DNA from: Gekko japonicus
Lineage: Eukaryota
Reading direction: 5' to 3'
Length of the DNA stretch: 64,000 nucleotides
Assembly (NCBI RefSeq): GCF_001447785.1
Contig: NW_015160869.1
Location: 186,001-250,000 of the forward strand
Positions 37,190-48,256 of this stretch are shown in pieces. A program made the translations under genes and the position numbers. The notes below the pieces were generated by a model that had not been told where the DNA came from, ran no database searches, and saw nothing but the letters and a program-made list of their open reading frames with translations. Numbering within the stretch: position 1 is the stretch's first letter; each line of letters opens with the position of its first letter.

Positions 37190-37517
37190 TAGGGCTGCCA
37201 AGTGGGGGCGGGGGGCGGGGAAAACCCCGCTTTGGAGGCCCAATTTCCGCTGCGGCGGAATCGGGCCCCGGGGGAACTCCGCCCCCCGAAGCTGCGTCGT
37301 GACGCAGCCACATCACTCACATTGGGGGCATGGGCCAGATCGTTGGGGTGTGGCCCAGAACCATATGGTTCCCCCCGGCTATCTGGGTCACGCCCCCAAC
37401 GTGACCGACGTAGCACATCACTTCCTGTGACGTGCTGGTGGCGCGCACGCACATGTCCTGGGAGAGCTCCCGGAGCCCGGCAAGGCTCCCCCGCCGGCAA
37501 TACACTTGGCAACCCTA
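37190..37517. mobile_element. CpG-rich hAT-type MITE inserted in an old SINE
   Basis: TAGGGCTGCCAAGTG...CACTTGGCAACCCTA and perfect 8-bp TSD GGGGAGGC. Confidence 0.92.
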
Positions 37518-38028
37518 GGGGAGGCCCAAGTTCAAATTCCCACTCACCATGAAATTCCCTGGAGGGTCTTGGGCCAGTCGTTCTCATGCAGCCTAACCTA
37601 CCTCACAAGCTTGTTAAAGTGGAAGAAAGAAACCCTGGATACCACTCTGAACTCCTTGGAAGAAATACATTTCTATCAACCCTGTCCAAATGCTGCTATT
37701 TGCATGGAGTGGGCATGTGTTTCCCCATATGGGCAAATAGCCGCTTTTTGGGTGGGGGAGAAAACAGAGAAAAATAGTACAAAGGGAAAGGATTAAAGCC
37801 CCCCCCCCCCAGCACCACAGTCCTGATTACTTTCAATTTTTAAAAAATGTGAGATCCCAGTTACGGATCTCCCACATCATACATAGTATGATTTTAAAGC
37901 ATTTCAAAACACCAAAGATTGTATATTTTCCTTGCTATTCATAAGCTTTACCTCAGCCTGCACTAGCAGTCTATTGAGAAGCAGCCGTAAGTAACAATAG
38001 AGATCCCCCCCACCATCATGCTTGTGGT

Positions 38029-38158
38029 GCATCTGAGAAAGTGTGCGTGCACATGAAAGCTCATACCTTGAGTAAACCTTTGTTTGTCTTAAAGGTGCCC
38101 CTGGATTAAAAATTTGTTCTACTGCTTCAGACCAACATGGCTGCCCACCTGGTTCTAT
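38029..38158 (+). mobile_element. Penelope-like pseudo-LTR remnant with degenerate hammerhead motif
   Basis: gcat-CTGAGAA-A-GTGTGC(GT)GCACAT-GAAA-GCTC-atac, then the family tail cttaaaggtgcc.ctgga...cagaccaacatggctgccc. Confidence 0.72.
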
Positions 38159-38865
38159 CTTCAGTCTTATGCAAACTCACCTAAGTCACACTGAACAAAG
38201 TGGGACTTATGTTTGAGTAAAGGCGCATAGGATGACACTGCTAGTGTCTTCACCGTCCCTGAATTTGGTGGCTCCTCAAGCAATCCACTCCTTTCCTGGG
38301 TGATGAATAGGAGGAGCTTGTTAGAAACTGGGATAATATCATCATTAATCTGGGTCCAGCCTGTCCACGATTGTTATAGAGATGTATGGGTCCTGTATGT
38401 GAAGCTGGATCATCCAGATGATTATTGCGGCATTATTTGGAGAAGATAAATATTTAGATAAGTGATACATTTTTCCTTCTTTTGCATCCTAAAATTGATG
38501 GAAATGTGTATCGTGCCACCTTTCTGAGAACTAGGAGAAAATGGCTACAGCCAAACACCCAAATACATTTTAAAAATAAATTACTATTCTGTAGGAGCAC
38601 GGAAGCACAAAATCTTGCAATTCAGATTTTATACCCCTAGTGGGATTTTCTTCTCTGTTATGCAGGCGGGGAGCAAACCATCCATTTCAGCTTGGTTTAC
38701 TGAAGTGTGCAATTTATTTGGTTGCTTATTGCAGTTCATTAGATTTATAGCCCCCCTATGCCAAGGACTCGGGGTGGGTTACATAAATATTTACAGGGCT
38801 CATGATCTAATTTCATAAGAGGGGAGGGGAGTACACTGACTGTGAGCCAGTAGTTGCAGGCATTT

Positions 38866-38909
38866 ATTCTTTTGTTAAAACTCCCATTCTTTTGTTAAAA
38901 CTCACATTC
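38866..38909. repeat. 20-bp tandem duplication
   Basis: attcttttgttaaaactc(c/a)c occurs twice. Confidence 0.8.
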
Positions 38910-39248
38910 AGATGCATGCAAGCCTTTCTGGGGGAGTCATCCCACTGAGCTTACCCTGCAGAGATCATACCATTTTATCATGCAATCATCTCCTGTTTTC
39001 CTCACTAACGTCCACAAAGTATTCAGACACTGTGGGCGATTCTGCATCTGGCATTCGCTCCACGTTTTCTCAACAGGAAGGAAAAGGTACAGCTCAAAAC
39101 CACATTCAAATGCACCGTCCGGGGCAACACTATACTGACTGCACAGTCACCTCTGAACGGCCATAAATCTAGGCAGAAGGTACCATAAAACCCGATGGTC
39201 AAAGAAAATGAAAGCAGTATGCAATGCAGAGGGAATTTCTGTTCCAAT

Positions 39249-39455
39249 CAGTGTTCCCTCTAAGCTGAGTTAGTGTGAGCTAGCTCACAGTTTTTTAGCC
39301 TCAGGCTCACAGATTTTTGTCTTACCTCAGGAAAGACGGCTCCAGAGCAAACTAATTTATGCAGTAGCCAAATCACTCGTTCACAGATTTAATGCCAATA
39401 GCTCACAAAGTAGAATGTTTGCTCACAGGACTCCACAGGTTAGAAGGGAGCATTG
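39249..39455. mobile_element. hAT-type MITE (CAGTGTTCCCT...AGGGAGCATTG)
   Basis: Imperfect terminal repeats; 8-bp TSD GTTCCAAT/ATTCCAAT (7/8 match). Confidence 0.8.
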
Positions 39456-40482
39456 ATTCCAATGTGGGTTTTGTAAAACAATGGAGGGAAAAGCCAGTAC
39501 AGAATCGCCCTGTGATAATTTCCAAGCTCACCCCTGATACAGGAAGTGTGAGATCAGTTCTATATGGTCCTCTGCAGTGTTCCGGTATGCACAACAACCC
39601 AACAACCCACCAGCTTCCATTTTTTAATGCTCACTGCATTGTAAACATAGTGGTTGTCAGTTTTCTTTTACTATGGTTTTGCTGCCATTTAAATCCTTAT
39701 TAAAAACCAATGCACTGCTGATTGCTCCATAGGATGACAAGGGGAAGCACTTTTAATACAATGAAGGAGGTTGGCATAAAAATGGGGGGGGGTAACAGGT
39801 TCATAGAGCTTTTCAGACAGGAGATGGAGAGTGAGTGAGAGAGATAAGGTGTGTCTATCCTCCTTGGATAGTTAAGCTCCTTATTGTAACTGTTTTAATT
39901 ACTGCAATATTCAAGATTACTGTTCCAAATTTTTATCATTCTGTCATATTATCTTTATTATATACAGTGCTACAAACTGCTGTATCCTGACTGTTTTCCT
40001 TTGTTGACATATGGGCTGATTTGTACTGCTATTCCTTTCATAGAGTTATTGTATGCCAGTAAGGTTATTGGAATTGGAACTGGAATTGGCTTTTCTGGCC
40101 TGAAATTATTTTAGTTATGGAATTAAACTTTATAGCTTCAATGTAACCAGTCACTTTGGTGGCAAGGGGGTATGTGGGGGGTTAATCATTCATACAAGGT
40201 CTGTTTACTGATCTCCCTTCCCAAAGCACCAGTAACATTCTGGCCTGTGTTCATTAGAAAGTTTTACTGTTCCTAATTTTAAAAAAAAAAGACTACCTTA
40301 AGGGCCATTTAAATTAATGGAACCTGCTAATCATATCTAACTCCTCTGCTGACTTTGAGCAGCAGTTTTATCCATACTTACTGAGAAGTAAATCCCACTG
40401 TATTTAGTTGGTTTACTTAGGATTCTGCTCCACTCCAGGGTAAGCTTTTATAGACTGGAGCCCATTTTGTTAGGAATGCTGG

Positions 40483-40527
40483 CAGTGCTGGTCAATTGGC
40501 CGTAATAAAATTGAAATTGAAATTGAA
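40483..40527 (+). mobile_element. 45-bp, extremely 5'-truncated non-LTR insertion
   Basis: ggtcaattggccgtAATAAAa(ttgaaa)n flanked by a 13-bp TSD ttaggaatgctgg. Confidence 0.8.
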
Positions 40528-40599
40528 TTAGGAATGCTGGAATTTTAAAAAAAATTGCTTGTCATTAAAGTACTAAGAAAGTTCTGCTTATTTTTTTTG

Positions 40600-40806
40600 A
40601 GTGGTGGAAAGTGCCATCAAGTTGCACCTGGCTTACTGCAACCCCATAGAGTTTATAAGGCAAGAGACTAACAGAAATGCTTTGCCATTGCCTGCCTTTG
40701 CATAGCAACTTTGGACCTCCTTGGTGGTCTCCCATCCAAGTACTAAACAGGGCTGACCTTCCTTAGCTTCTGCGATCTTATAAGACTGGGTTACCCTGGA
40801 CCATCC
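40600..40806 (-). mobile_element. 5S rRNA-derived SINE (degenerate)
   Basis: ggtggtctcccatccaagtactaa...cttagcttctg. Confidence 0.78.
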
Positions 40807-41059
40807 CCTCTGTAATTAAAATCCTGCACAGATGGTGGAATCCTATGCTCATTTTCTTGACACTAAACCCCACTGACCTCATTGGGACTAACATACAAAT
40901 AGTGCTTAGTGTCTGAGGATTGTAACGAGTGGCCTTAAATCCTGCAATGGGCTGCAGGCTCTACACTGTAGTGCGGAGGTACCATTTTATCATACAAATA
41001 AGTCATTCTTGCCATAATTATTTTTAAAGTTATATCAAAAATGATGGAGTGGTTATATG

Positions 41060-41624
41060 GCTATAGGGAGAACTGTCAATAACAAACAGTACAGCACACA
41101 GCAAAAAATAGCAAGGGACAACAAGAAACAACTGTGAGCTGAATTACAGTGAAAGTAAATCCAAAAGGAGACTTCAACAAAGTGAAATGCACATGTAATC
41201 AGAAATGAATCTATACATATAATCCATCATTGGAAAATACAGAAGTTCACAGGATCCATAGAAGGAAAAAAACAAAGTCCAGAGTAGATATCCAACACTT
41301 TTCCTAGGTAGTATGCAGTGTTTCAGACTTCTGGTCCTTCCTCAGGAACAAAGAACAACATTAGGAAGTCTCATTCCAATTTCTTTACAGGACAATACTA
41401 TTCAGTTTCTTTATGGGCCAGGTCTCCTAAGCTTTAATATGCACCTCTCATGGTTGCTTCTATGTAAACAGGACCAAACATGCCTCCAAATGATGGATTA
41501 TATGTATAGATTCATTTCTGATTACATGTGCATTTCACTTTGTTGAAGTCTCCTTTTGGATTTACTTTTGCGGGTAATTCAGCTCACAGTTATTTCTTGT
41601 TGTCCCTTGCTATAGGGAGAACTG
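41060..41624. mobile_element. Inverted-repeat element (Penelope-like) with ~127-bp arms and a hammerhead core in the spacer
   Basis: Arms 41108-41234 and 41485-41613; flanking 16-bp direct repeat gctatagggagaactg; minus-strand CTGAGGA-A-GGAC(cagaa)GTCT-GAAA at 41321-41345. Confidence 0.75.
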
Positions 41625-42973
41625 AAAGTAATCTTTTTTGTGGTTGTTGCTTGGGGAATCAGTAACTTTAAACATTTTAGTGGCCACTGATTATCCACAT
41701 GGTCACACGGTCATTTTGATGGGGTTTCAGAACTGTTCCCTATCGCATTTAAAAGGGCTGATCAGATAGCTGATTTTGAAACGGACTCCCCCCTGCAATC
41801 CTCCCAGTTTTCTAGCGTGTTTTCCCACACTGGGAAAATCAAGTACTTTCCTACTACTTGCCCTGTGAATCCGCAATTTCTCCTATTTGGACAGCCATCT
41901 CTCGCTATGAATCCGATTAGGTCATCTGTACGTCCTTCTTGTGGTAGTTTTTTCCCCCAGCTTTCACCATTGTGAAATTCATGACCAATTCTGCATTGAC
42001 TATATTAAATGCATGAATGCTCAAGCACACATAAAACAGCACTCGGTTACACTTCGGTAGTTCATTTTGTTTGGCACAGCACAATTTAAAAAAAATTATT
42101 TGTGCATATGCACATATGCACATGTGCAGATAATTTTTTTTTTTAAGCATTGTGCTGCACCACCACTTGGGCAGCGCAGCTGTCTGGACGGTGCCTGGAG
42201 CCTCGTTGTGCAATGCAAGCAGTTGGGCAAGGGATGTGTGATCATCTGAACCCACTAAAAAATATCCCCGATCAAATCTACAGCGGGAACAAATTGCGGT
42301 AAGCTTGCAGTGTGACCACACCCTTAGCTTCATTGTATGGAATAACAATTTGGCTATGCTACCTACTGGTTGCTTGTGGCTCACAAACAGAGTATATTAG
42401 TGAGAGACAAACTACACCATGATGAGCTTAGTATTTCATAACTGCCATGCGGATTGTTTGTGTGCATAATAATGAAGCCCATAAAATGACCAGCAGGACA
42501 CACTTGAACATTAGGGCTAGCCTGTGAGATTAAAAACCAAATGAAAACAGTGAAGCAAAATTGAAGGAGGGGGGAGAGAATGTAACTCATTTGAAGTGCT
42601 GGAAGCAGAGAGCTTTGATCCATAGAAGATAGGATTTTTATCCCCGTGGAAAGAGAAACCAGACTCACCCAAAGCACAGCAGTTATTGAACGAAGCTCAG
42701 CATTGATTACAAAGAAAGTGTGTGCAGTCACCACAGAAGACTGCGGCCTTGTCAATCACAAGATTACATAGACAACATACTGTTGGCCTCCTCTCTTGTC
42801 CACTTGATCAACTCCTAAAATAATAGATAAATGTTTCAGTGGTCCACGAAAAACAGTTTGTGGACAGGAATCCCAAAACAGGGACTCCCCATAATTCATA
42901 CTCCGGAAAATTCTGTTATCACTAACCAGAAAGTCCCTGATGTTTCCACATCATTCTGTATGTGTGAAGATCC

Positions 42974-43308
42974 TAGGGTTGCCAAGTCCCTACCTTCTGC
43001 CGGCGGGGGACTCCTGGCTTCTCCTTGGGAACGTCTGGCGTATGTGTGCACCATGATGATATCACCTGGAAGTGACATCATCATGCTAGACGTGGCGGGG
43101 GGGGGGGGGGGACGCTCTAGCATTTGCCCAAAAACTCTATGGTACCATAGAGATTTTTGGCTGAGTGCTAAAGCGTCCCCCTGGCGACGTGCCTGGCACG
43201 ATGATGTCACCTCTGGGTGACAACGTGTTGGGCCCATTGGCGCGATCCCGGGTCAGTGGATCAGGAGCCCTAAAAGTGGGTAACCCCCCGGGGGGGATTG
43301 TAAGCCTA
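42974..43308. mobile_element. TAGGGTTGCC-family hAT-type MITE
   Basis: Left terminal repeat tagggttgccaa, degenerate right end, perfect 8-bp TSD GAAGATCC, internally palindromic. Confidence 0.88.
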
Positions 43309-43942
43309 GAAGATCCCAAGGCCAAACTAGGCCTCATCTTGCATATCCAGAGGCAGTAACCGTAAGAATGAGACCATCATAATGGAAATCTGCTACTTGA
43401 TCCAACACATAGTCCTACTGAGTGATTTCAGATTCTTACACTCTCTAAATCAGACCCAATGCTGGAAAGGCTTCCTTGTTTTACAGAGTGAATTTTTGGA
43501 AAACAAAAGGGGGTTGTGGTAAGAAAGGACATTGTAGAAGCCCTGATAAATGCACAGAACCTCATGAACCTACATGGGTGTTCCACCTGTAGCTTCTTCA
43601 ATCCTTTCTTTTGGTTTTATCTTTTGTTGCTTGCAAACTTATTCTGTGAAATGTTTTAAATTCAATTCAGCTCCGCACACATGTGACCCTGAAGATATTT
43701 TCCTCATTAGGAGTCAAACAGAAGACAGCTTAGTTTTCTAGGAATAAGCAATCATCCTGCAGCGGTGTCTTTGAAATTAAGTGATGCTTTACTAGGGGCT
43801 TAAGTGCATAGGAAATTAACATAGGCCCATTGTTGCCCTCTGGGTGTACATTGGTTTTACTTCCCTCAAGTGACTGGCTATGTCAAATGCATATATTTTT
43901 CTTGCATATTGAGTTCCTTGGACCAATGCTGCTGCTTTCAGA

Positions 43943-44005
43943 GTGGCAAAACAATGGCACTTTCTTGTGGCAAAACAATGGCACTTTTTTGTGGCAAAAC
44001 AATGG
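43943..44005. repeat. 24-bp minisatellite (~2.6 copies)
   Basis: gtggcaaaacaatggcacttt(c/t)tt at 43943, 43967 and 43991. Confidence 0.9.
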
Positions 44006-44433
44006 AACTGTTCCTCATTGCTACCTAATTGAATGAACAATGGAGAGATATTGGGTATTCTGACAATACAAACCCTGTGGTGTTGTCACCCCATAAAGCT
44101 GAAGTAGTAAAGGGGACAAATCAGAATAATTAGACCTCCATCATTTGGCTAAAATACCCATCATGATATGGTACAATATTGTTGTGTATTCTTCTGGATA
44201 ACTATGGGCTCTGTCTGTCTGTATCTCCTATCTTTCTGTCTGTCTGTTTCATACGGACAAATCACCAATATTAAGTCACGAATGCATTTTCTATATAGGG
44301 GAAGAAACAGGTGTACAGCTTATAATTAGCATCTCTATATTTTGAGTAGATTCTAATACACACACATGATGCAGGGATGGATAGATGCAAGGAGCCCTTT
44401 TTTAAAACACTGACCACCGCCCACTGCCCCATC

Positions 44434-44594
44434 CAGGGCTTTTTTAAAAAAAGAGGTGCCAGAACTCTCAAGAAGGAAAGGAAGTTTTCAGTCTGTATAC
44501 TGAAAACTCATGAACTTTTAAACATTTTTAAAAGAATTTTGTCAAAGAGGTTCCGGACCTCTGTACCAGCGCATTCCCCCAGAAAAAATCCCTG
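44434..44594. mobile_element. Short CAGGGCTTTTT-family MITE
   Basis: cagggcttttt...aaaaaatccctg; TSD degraded. Confidence 0.65.
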
Positions 44595-44837
44595 ACCCCA
44601 CACCACCCAGTCACCTGATGCTTGGCAGTGGCTGAATTCATCCCCTTCTTTCTCGGCCTGCTTTCATGCCTCTAGTAGGACCAGGTGCAAGTCCTGAGTG
44701 AAATTTTTAAGTGGAAATATTTCTTCCTTATTCCTTCCTAGACTAAGCCACTTCAGCTAGAACAGTAGCAAGGTTACATTTAGGAATATTCACCTATATT
44801 TTAAAAGTCCCTGGACATATAAAATTTGCTCATATAA

Positions 44838-45171
44838 GGCCCCGGTCACACGGGCCGGAAAACACGCAGGGGGGGAGTGCGGCTATTTGCGCCATCGCAG
44901 TCTGATGCGCTATTATGCGATCAGACGCGACGGCGGCTTCCCCGCAGCAAAGAGGACGTGCAATCACACCGGGAGGCTTCCATAGGTGGCCCGTGGCAAA
45001 GCGTTTGCTAGTACATGCAATGTACTAGTTTTTACTGCGCGGCTTTGGCGGCTTGCCACGGGGTCGCCACGGGAGTGCTACGCCTCCCAGATGTTCCCGT
45101 GTGATCGTGCCCGGATACTCCGCAGGACTCCCGTGCCTTCAGCGGGGCAAATGTTCTGTGTGAACGGGGCC
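44838..45171. mobile_element. CpG-rich PIF/Harbinger-like MITE
   Basis: Terminal repeats GGCCCCGGTCACACG / TGTGTGAACGGGGCC and a perfect TAA TSD on both sides. Confidence 0.9.
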
Positions 45172-46529
45172 TAAGACTGTTTTCCTGGATGTACTGGTTT
45201 TCTGCATGCAGGGAAGCCTTCCCCCCCCCCCAAACAATGATCCCCTGCTTTCAGTTGTAGTAATACAGATCAAGAAGGTCTGCCACCGAATGTTACTAAT
45301 AGCGTGGCTCAGGGGTGGAGGAGGACCACCTGGGAGACTCATATTGATTTAATGGCCTTGAGAAAATGGGAGTAATATCATGTCCAGGTGAAATTGTGTC
45401 TGGATAATGTGGTCCACCAGAGGACTTTCTAGCTTCCAACTGCTCTCAAATTGAAAGCCCACAGAGTATACATCACAAAATAATTACTTTCATGCCTTGT
45501 TGAAAATGCAGTATTTTATTTTTTAGTCTTGTCTTGTGAATAATTTCCTGGCATTTCCCACTACTTGGTTTATGCAAAAGCATGAATATGAACCAAGCAG
45601 CTCTTTTTTACTTTTTTTTTTTTTTTAAGAAACGGGGTCTTTGCTAATTTCAATTCTCAAACACCACAGGAGTCTGCAATTCCAATTTTCTTTTCACAGT
45701 ATTAATGAAGACTGGACATTGGCAATAGTCGCAGTTTTTCCTTACTCTTGAAATTTAAGAGCCATATTGAGGCGCTGCCAGGAATTATAATAACTGTCTA
45801 ATGCACAATGTGGAACTGTGGCCAATTGTGATTGTTCCAGACAAGTTATTTCATAGGTGTGGTAACAAAAGGAATATAAAAATCAATCTCATCTAGTTTT
45901 ATATATGCTACAATTCAGAAAGAGAGGTGTGTGTGTGCGTGTGCATTTAAGCTTCTTAATGAGGACAAGCACAATATACCCACCTCACTGATTGCTTTGA
46001 GAGCACCAGTGCTAGGCAGGGTGGCTGGTCAATTCCTGTCAGTAGAGTGAAGAAATACGGTTTTATGATCTTCTACATGCGCCCTGTCAAACCATCTATA
46101 TTGCCATAACGGCAGCTTCCAGATTTGCAGGTGGCTCTTCATCTTTAAGGATTTCCAGCTTCTCAGTTTTATGGTCTTAAATCTAGATGAGCTGAGTGGT
46201 TATTGGCTTTTCATCTCCCATTTCCTGGGCAATGAAATAAGGCACTTCGACTATTCTGGCTGTTTTTCAAGGTGTAAAAGGTACAATAATGGAGACTTCT
46301 GAAAAGAATGTTTTCAGAGTCAAGAGATATACACATACATACATTTCTTCAATATCTCATGAACTGCTATTGGAAACTTGATATTAGCAACAAGCACATT
46401 GAAGACATTCATGATCCTGAGGAAGTTTTCAGTGAAACATACATATGATGGAAGGCTTTGTTTGAAGAGCAGGACATATATGTCATTGAAATAATAAATG
46501 TTTGCAGTGGAAAGCTTTACTATGATCCT

Positions 46530-46712
46530 TTTCTTCTATCCATATTTTAATCCTAACCATTCCCCAAGGACAGTGCACGCAGTTCTCCCTTTCTCCTGTT
46601 TATCCTCCCAACAACCCTGTGAAATAGGGGAGGGCTGAGAGAGAATAGTGTGCACAGAGGACACCCAGTGATCTCCACGGTTAGCAGGAAGCAAAGCTGT
46701 GTCTCCCCAGTG
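46530..46712 (-). mobile_element. Old MIR/Squam3-like SINE fragment
   Basis: tttatcctcccaacaaccctgtgaaatagg...ggctgagaga core motif. Confidence 0.55.
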
Positions 46713-47586
46713 CTAGGAACTATGGGAAATATCCTAACAGATGGTTCTTAGCACTCTTACAAACTTACAACAGGCAGCCTGTAAAAAAATTGACAAGAAT
46801 AACTGGATATTGCTGGGAAAGTTATTCCTTTTAGTACAGTGATTAATAAAACAAAAAGGCATGCTTTAGCCTCAAACCCCTCATCCCCATCCTCCGCACC
46901 TCACGTTACAAACAGCTACTCTTAGAACACCAGGAACATTTTCAGTTAATTAAGTGGTTGTGTCTTCTTTAGACAGATGGAGTAAGTGAGATAATTGTGA
47001 AAAGATGCCTAAAATGAAAGAATGCCAGAAGGCTTGGTTTTTTTAAAAAAAAACTGACTTTGCTTAAAATAAGATTCTTTGGTTTCATTTCTTAGGCCTC
47101 CATATTCAAAGGAACATTTCCCCATAAAAGGGAGCTGAAAGATGCCATTTAGCAGACATTAATAGCAGAGTTAATTGACAGTGTTTGCCTCAGATGCTGG
47201 TGTTCAAAGGGAGGACAACTTTTAGCCCATCAGGTAGTGACAGAATTTATTCAGTAGATTCCATTCTTTCTTAGGTAGAAATTAATTTTCAAAATCACAT
47301 TTAGTCAGATAACTCTCTCTCAGTTTCACTCACGTGGATACACTCAAGAGTCTTTATGTAGTCAGAGTGAATTGTCTTACAAAACAATTGATGACACATC
47401 CAACTCAGATGAATTTCCACCACAAGTACAATGGAGAGGAGGGAGAAAATCTCTGTTGTCATTTCTAACTGATTTAAAATGGACCCCTATTGCAAGTTTG
47501 TGAAGCTCAAGGAAATTGAAAAGCTCTACAGCTTTGAACTGAAAACCTGAGCATCCAGTGTAGGCTTATAATCAAACTATACATGA

Positions 47587-47820
47587 ATTGACTCATTTGA
47601 AATGTGGTGTTGGATGAGAATTTTACGGGTATCGTGGATCACCAAAACGACAAATAAGTGGGTTCTAGATCAAATCAAACCTAAAATCTCCCTAGAAACT
47701 GAAATGACTATCAAGTAAGGCAATCAGACTTTGGCCACATTATAAGAAGACAGGAGACACTGGAAAAGACAATAATGCTAGGGAAAAATTGAAGGCAGCA
47801 GGAAAAGAGGAAGGTCCAAC
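47587..47820 (+). mobile_element. RTE-clade LINE fragment
   Basis: IDSFEMWCWMRILRVSW...NKWVLDQIKP...FGHIIRRQETLEKTIMLGK. Confidence 0.85.
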
Positions 47821-48036
47821 TGTCGCATAAATACTTAAAGTACTGCTTTTACGAGTCAGCATTATTGTTTCATGACAGCCCACTCTTTTAAAAGACAAAT
47901 TCAACTTTTCCACCTTTGTGGAAAGTGACTTGGAATGATACTAGGTAATGATAGGTTCTAAGAGAAGGAGTCTTCATGAAAAGAAGAGGCAGCTCAAGAC
48001 AGTCGAAGGCCAAGCAGATAGCTTAACTACACTATG

Positions 48037-48256
48037 AGAGAGCCACTGTGGCACAGTGGTTAAGAGTGTTGGACTAGCATCTGGGAGACTGAGGTTCAAA
48101 TCCTCACTCATGCCATGGAAGCTGGCTGAGTGACCTTGGGGCAGTCACACTGTTTCAGCCTCACAACTAAGAGGAAAGGAGCATGATGCAAGCCGCTATG
48201 GGTCTCCATGGGGAGAAAGGCAGGGTATGAATGAATTAAATAAATAAATAAATAAA
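48037..48256 (+). mobile_element. tRNA-derived SINE with (TAAA)n tail
   Basis: A box tggcacagtgg, B box ggttcaaatcc, taaa repeats. Confidence 0.8.

Noticed and set aside
41690-42325. Old Harbinger-like element (ggtcacac...gtgtgacc)
   Set aside because: Termini and TSD are too degraded to set boundaries.
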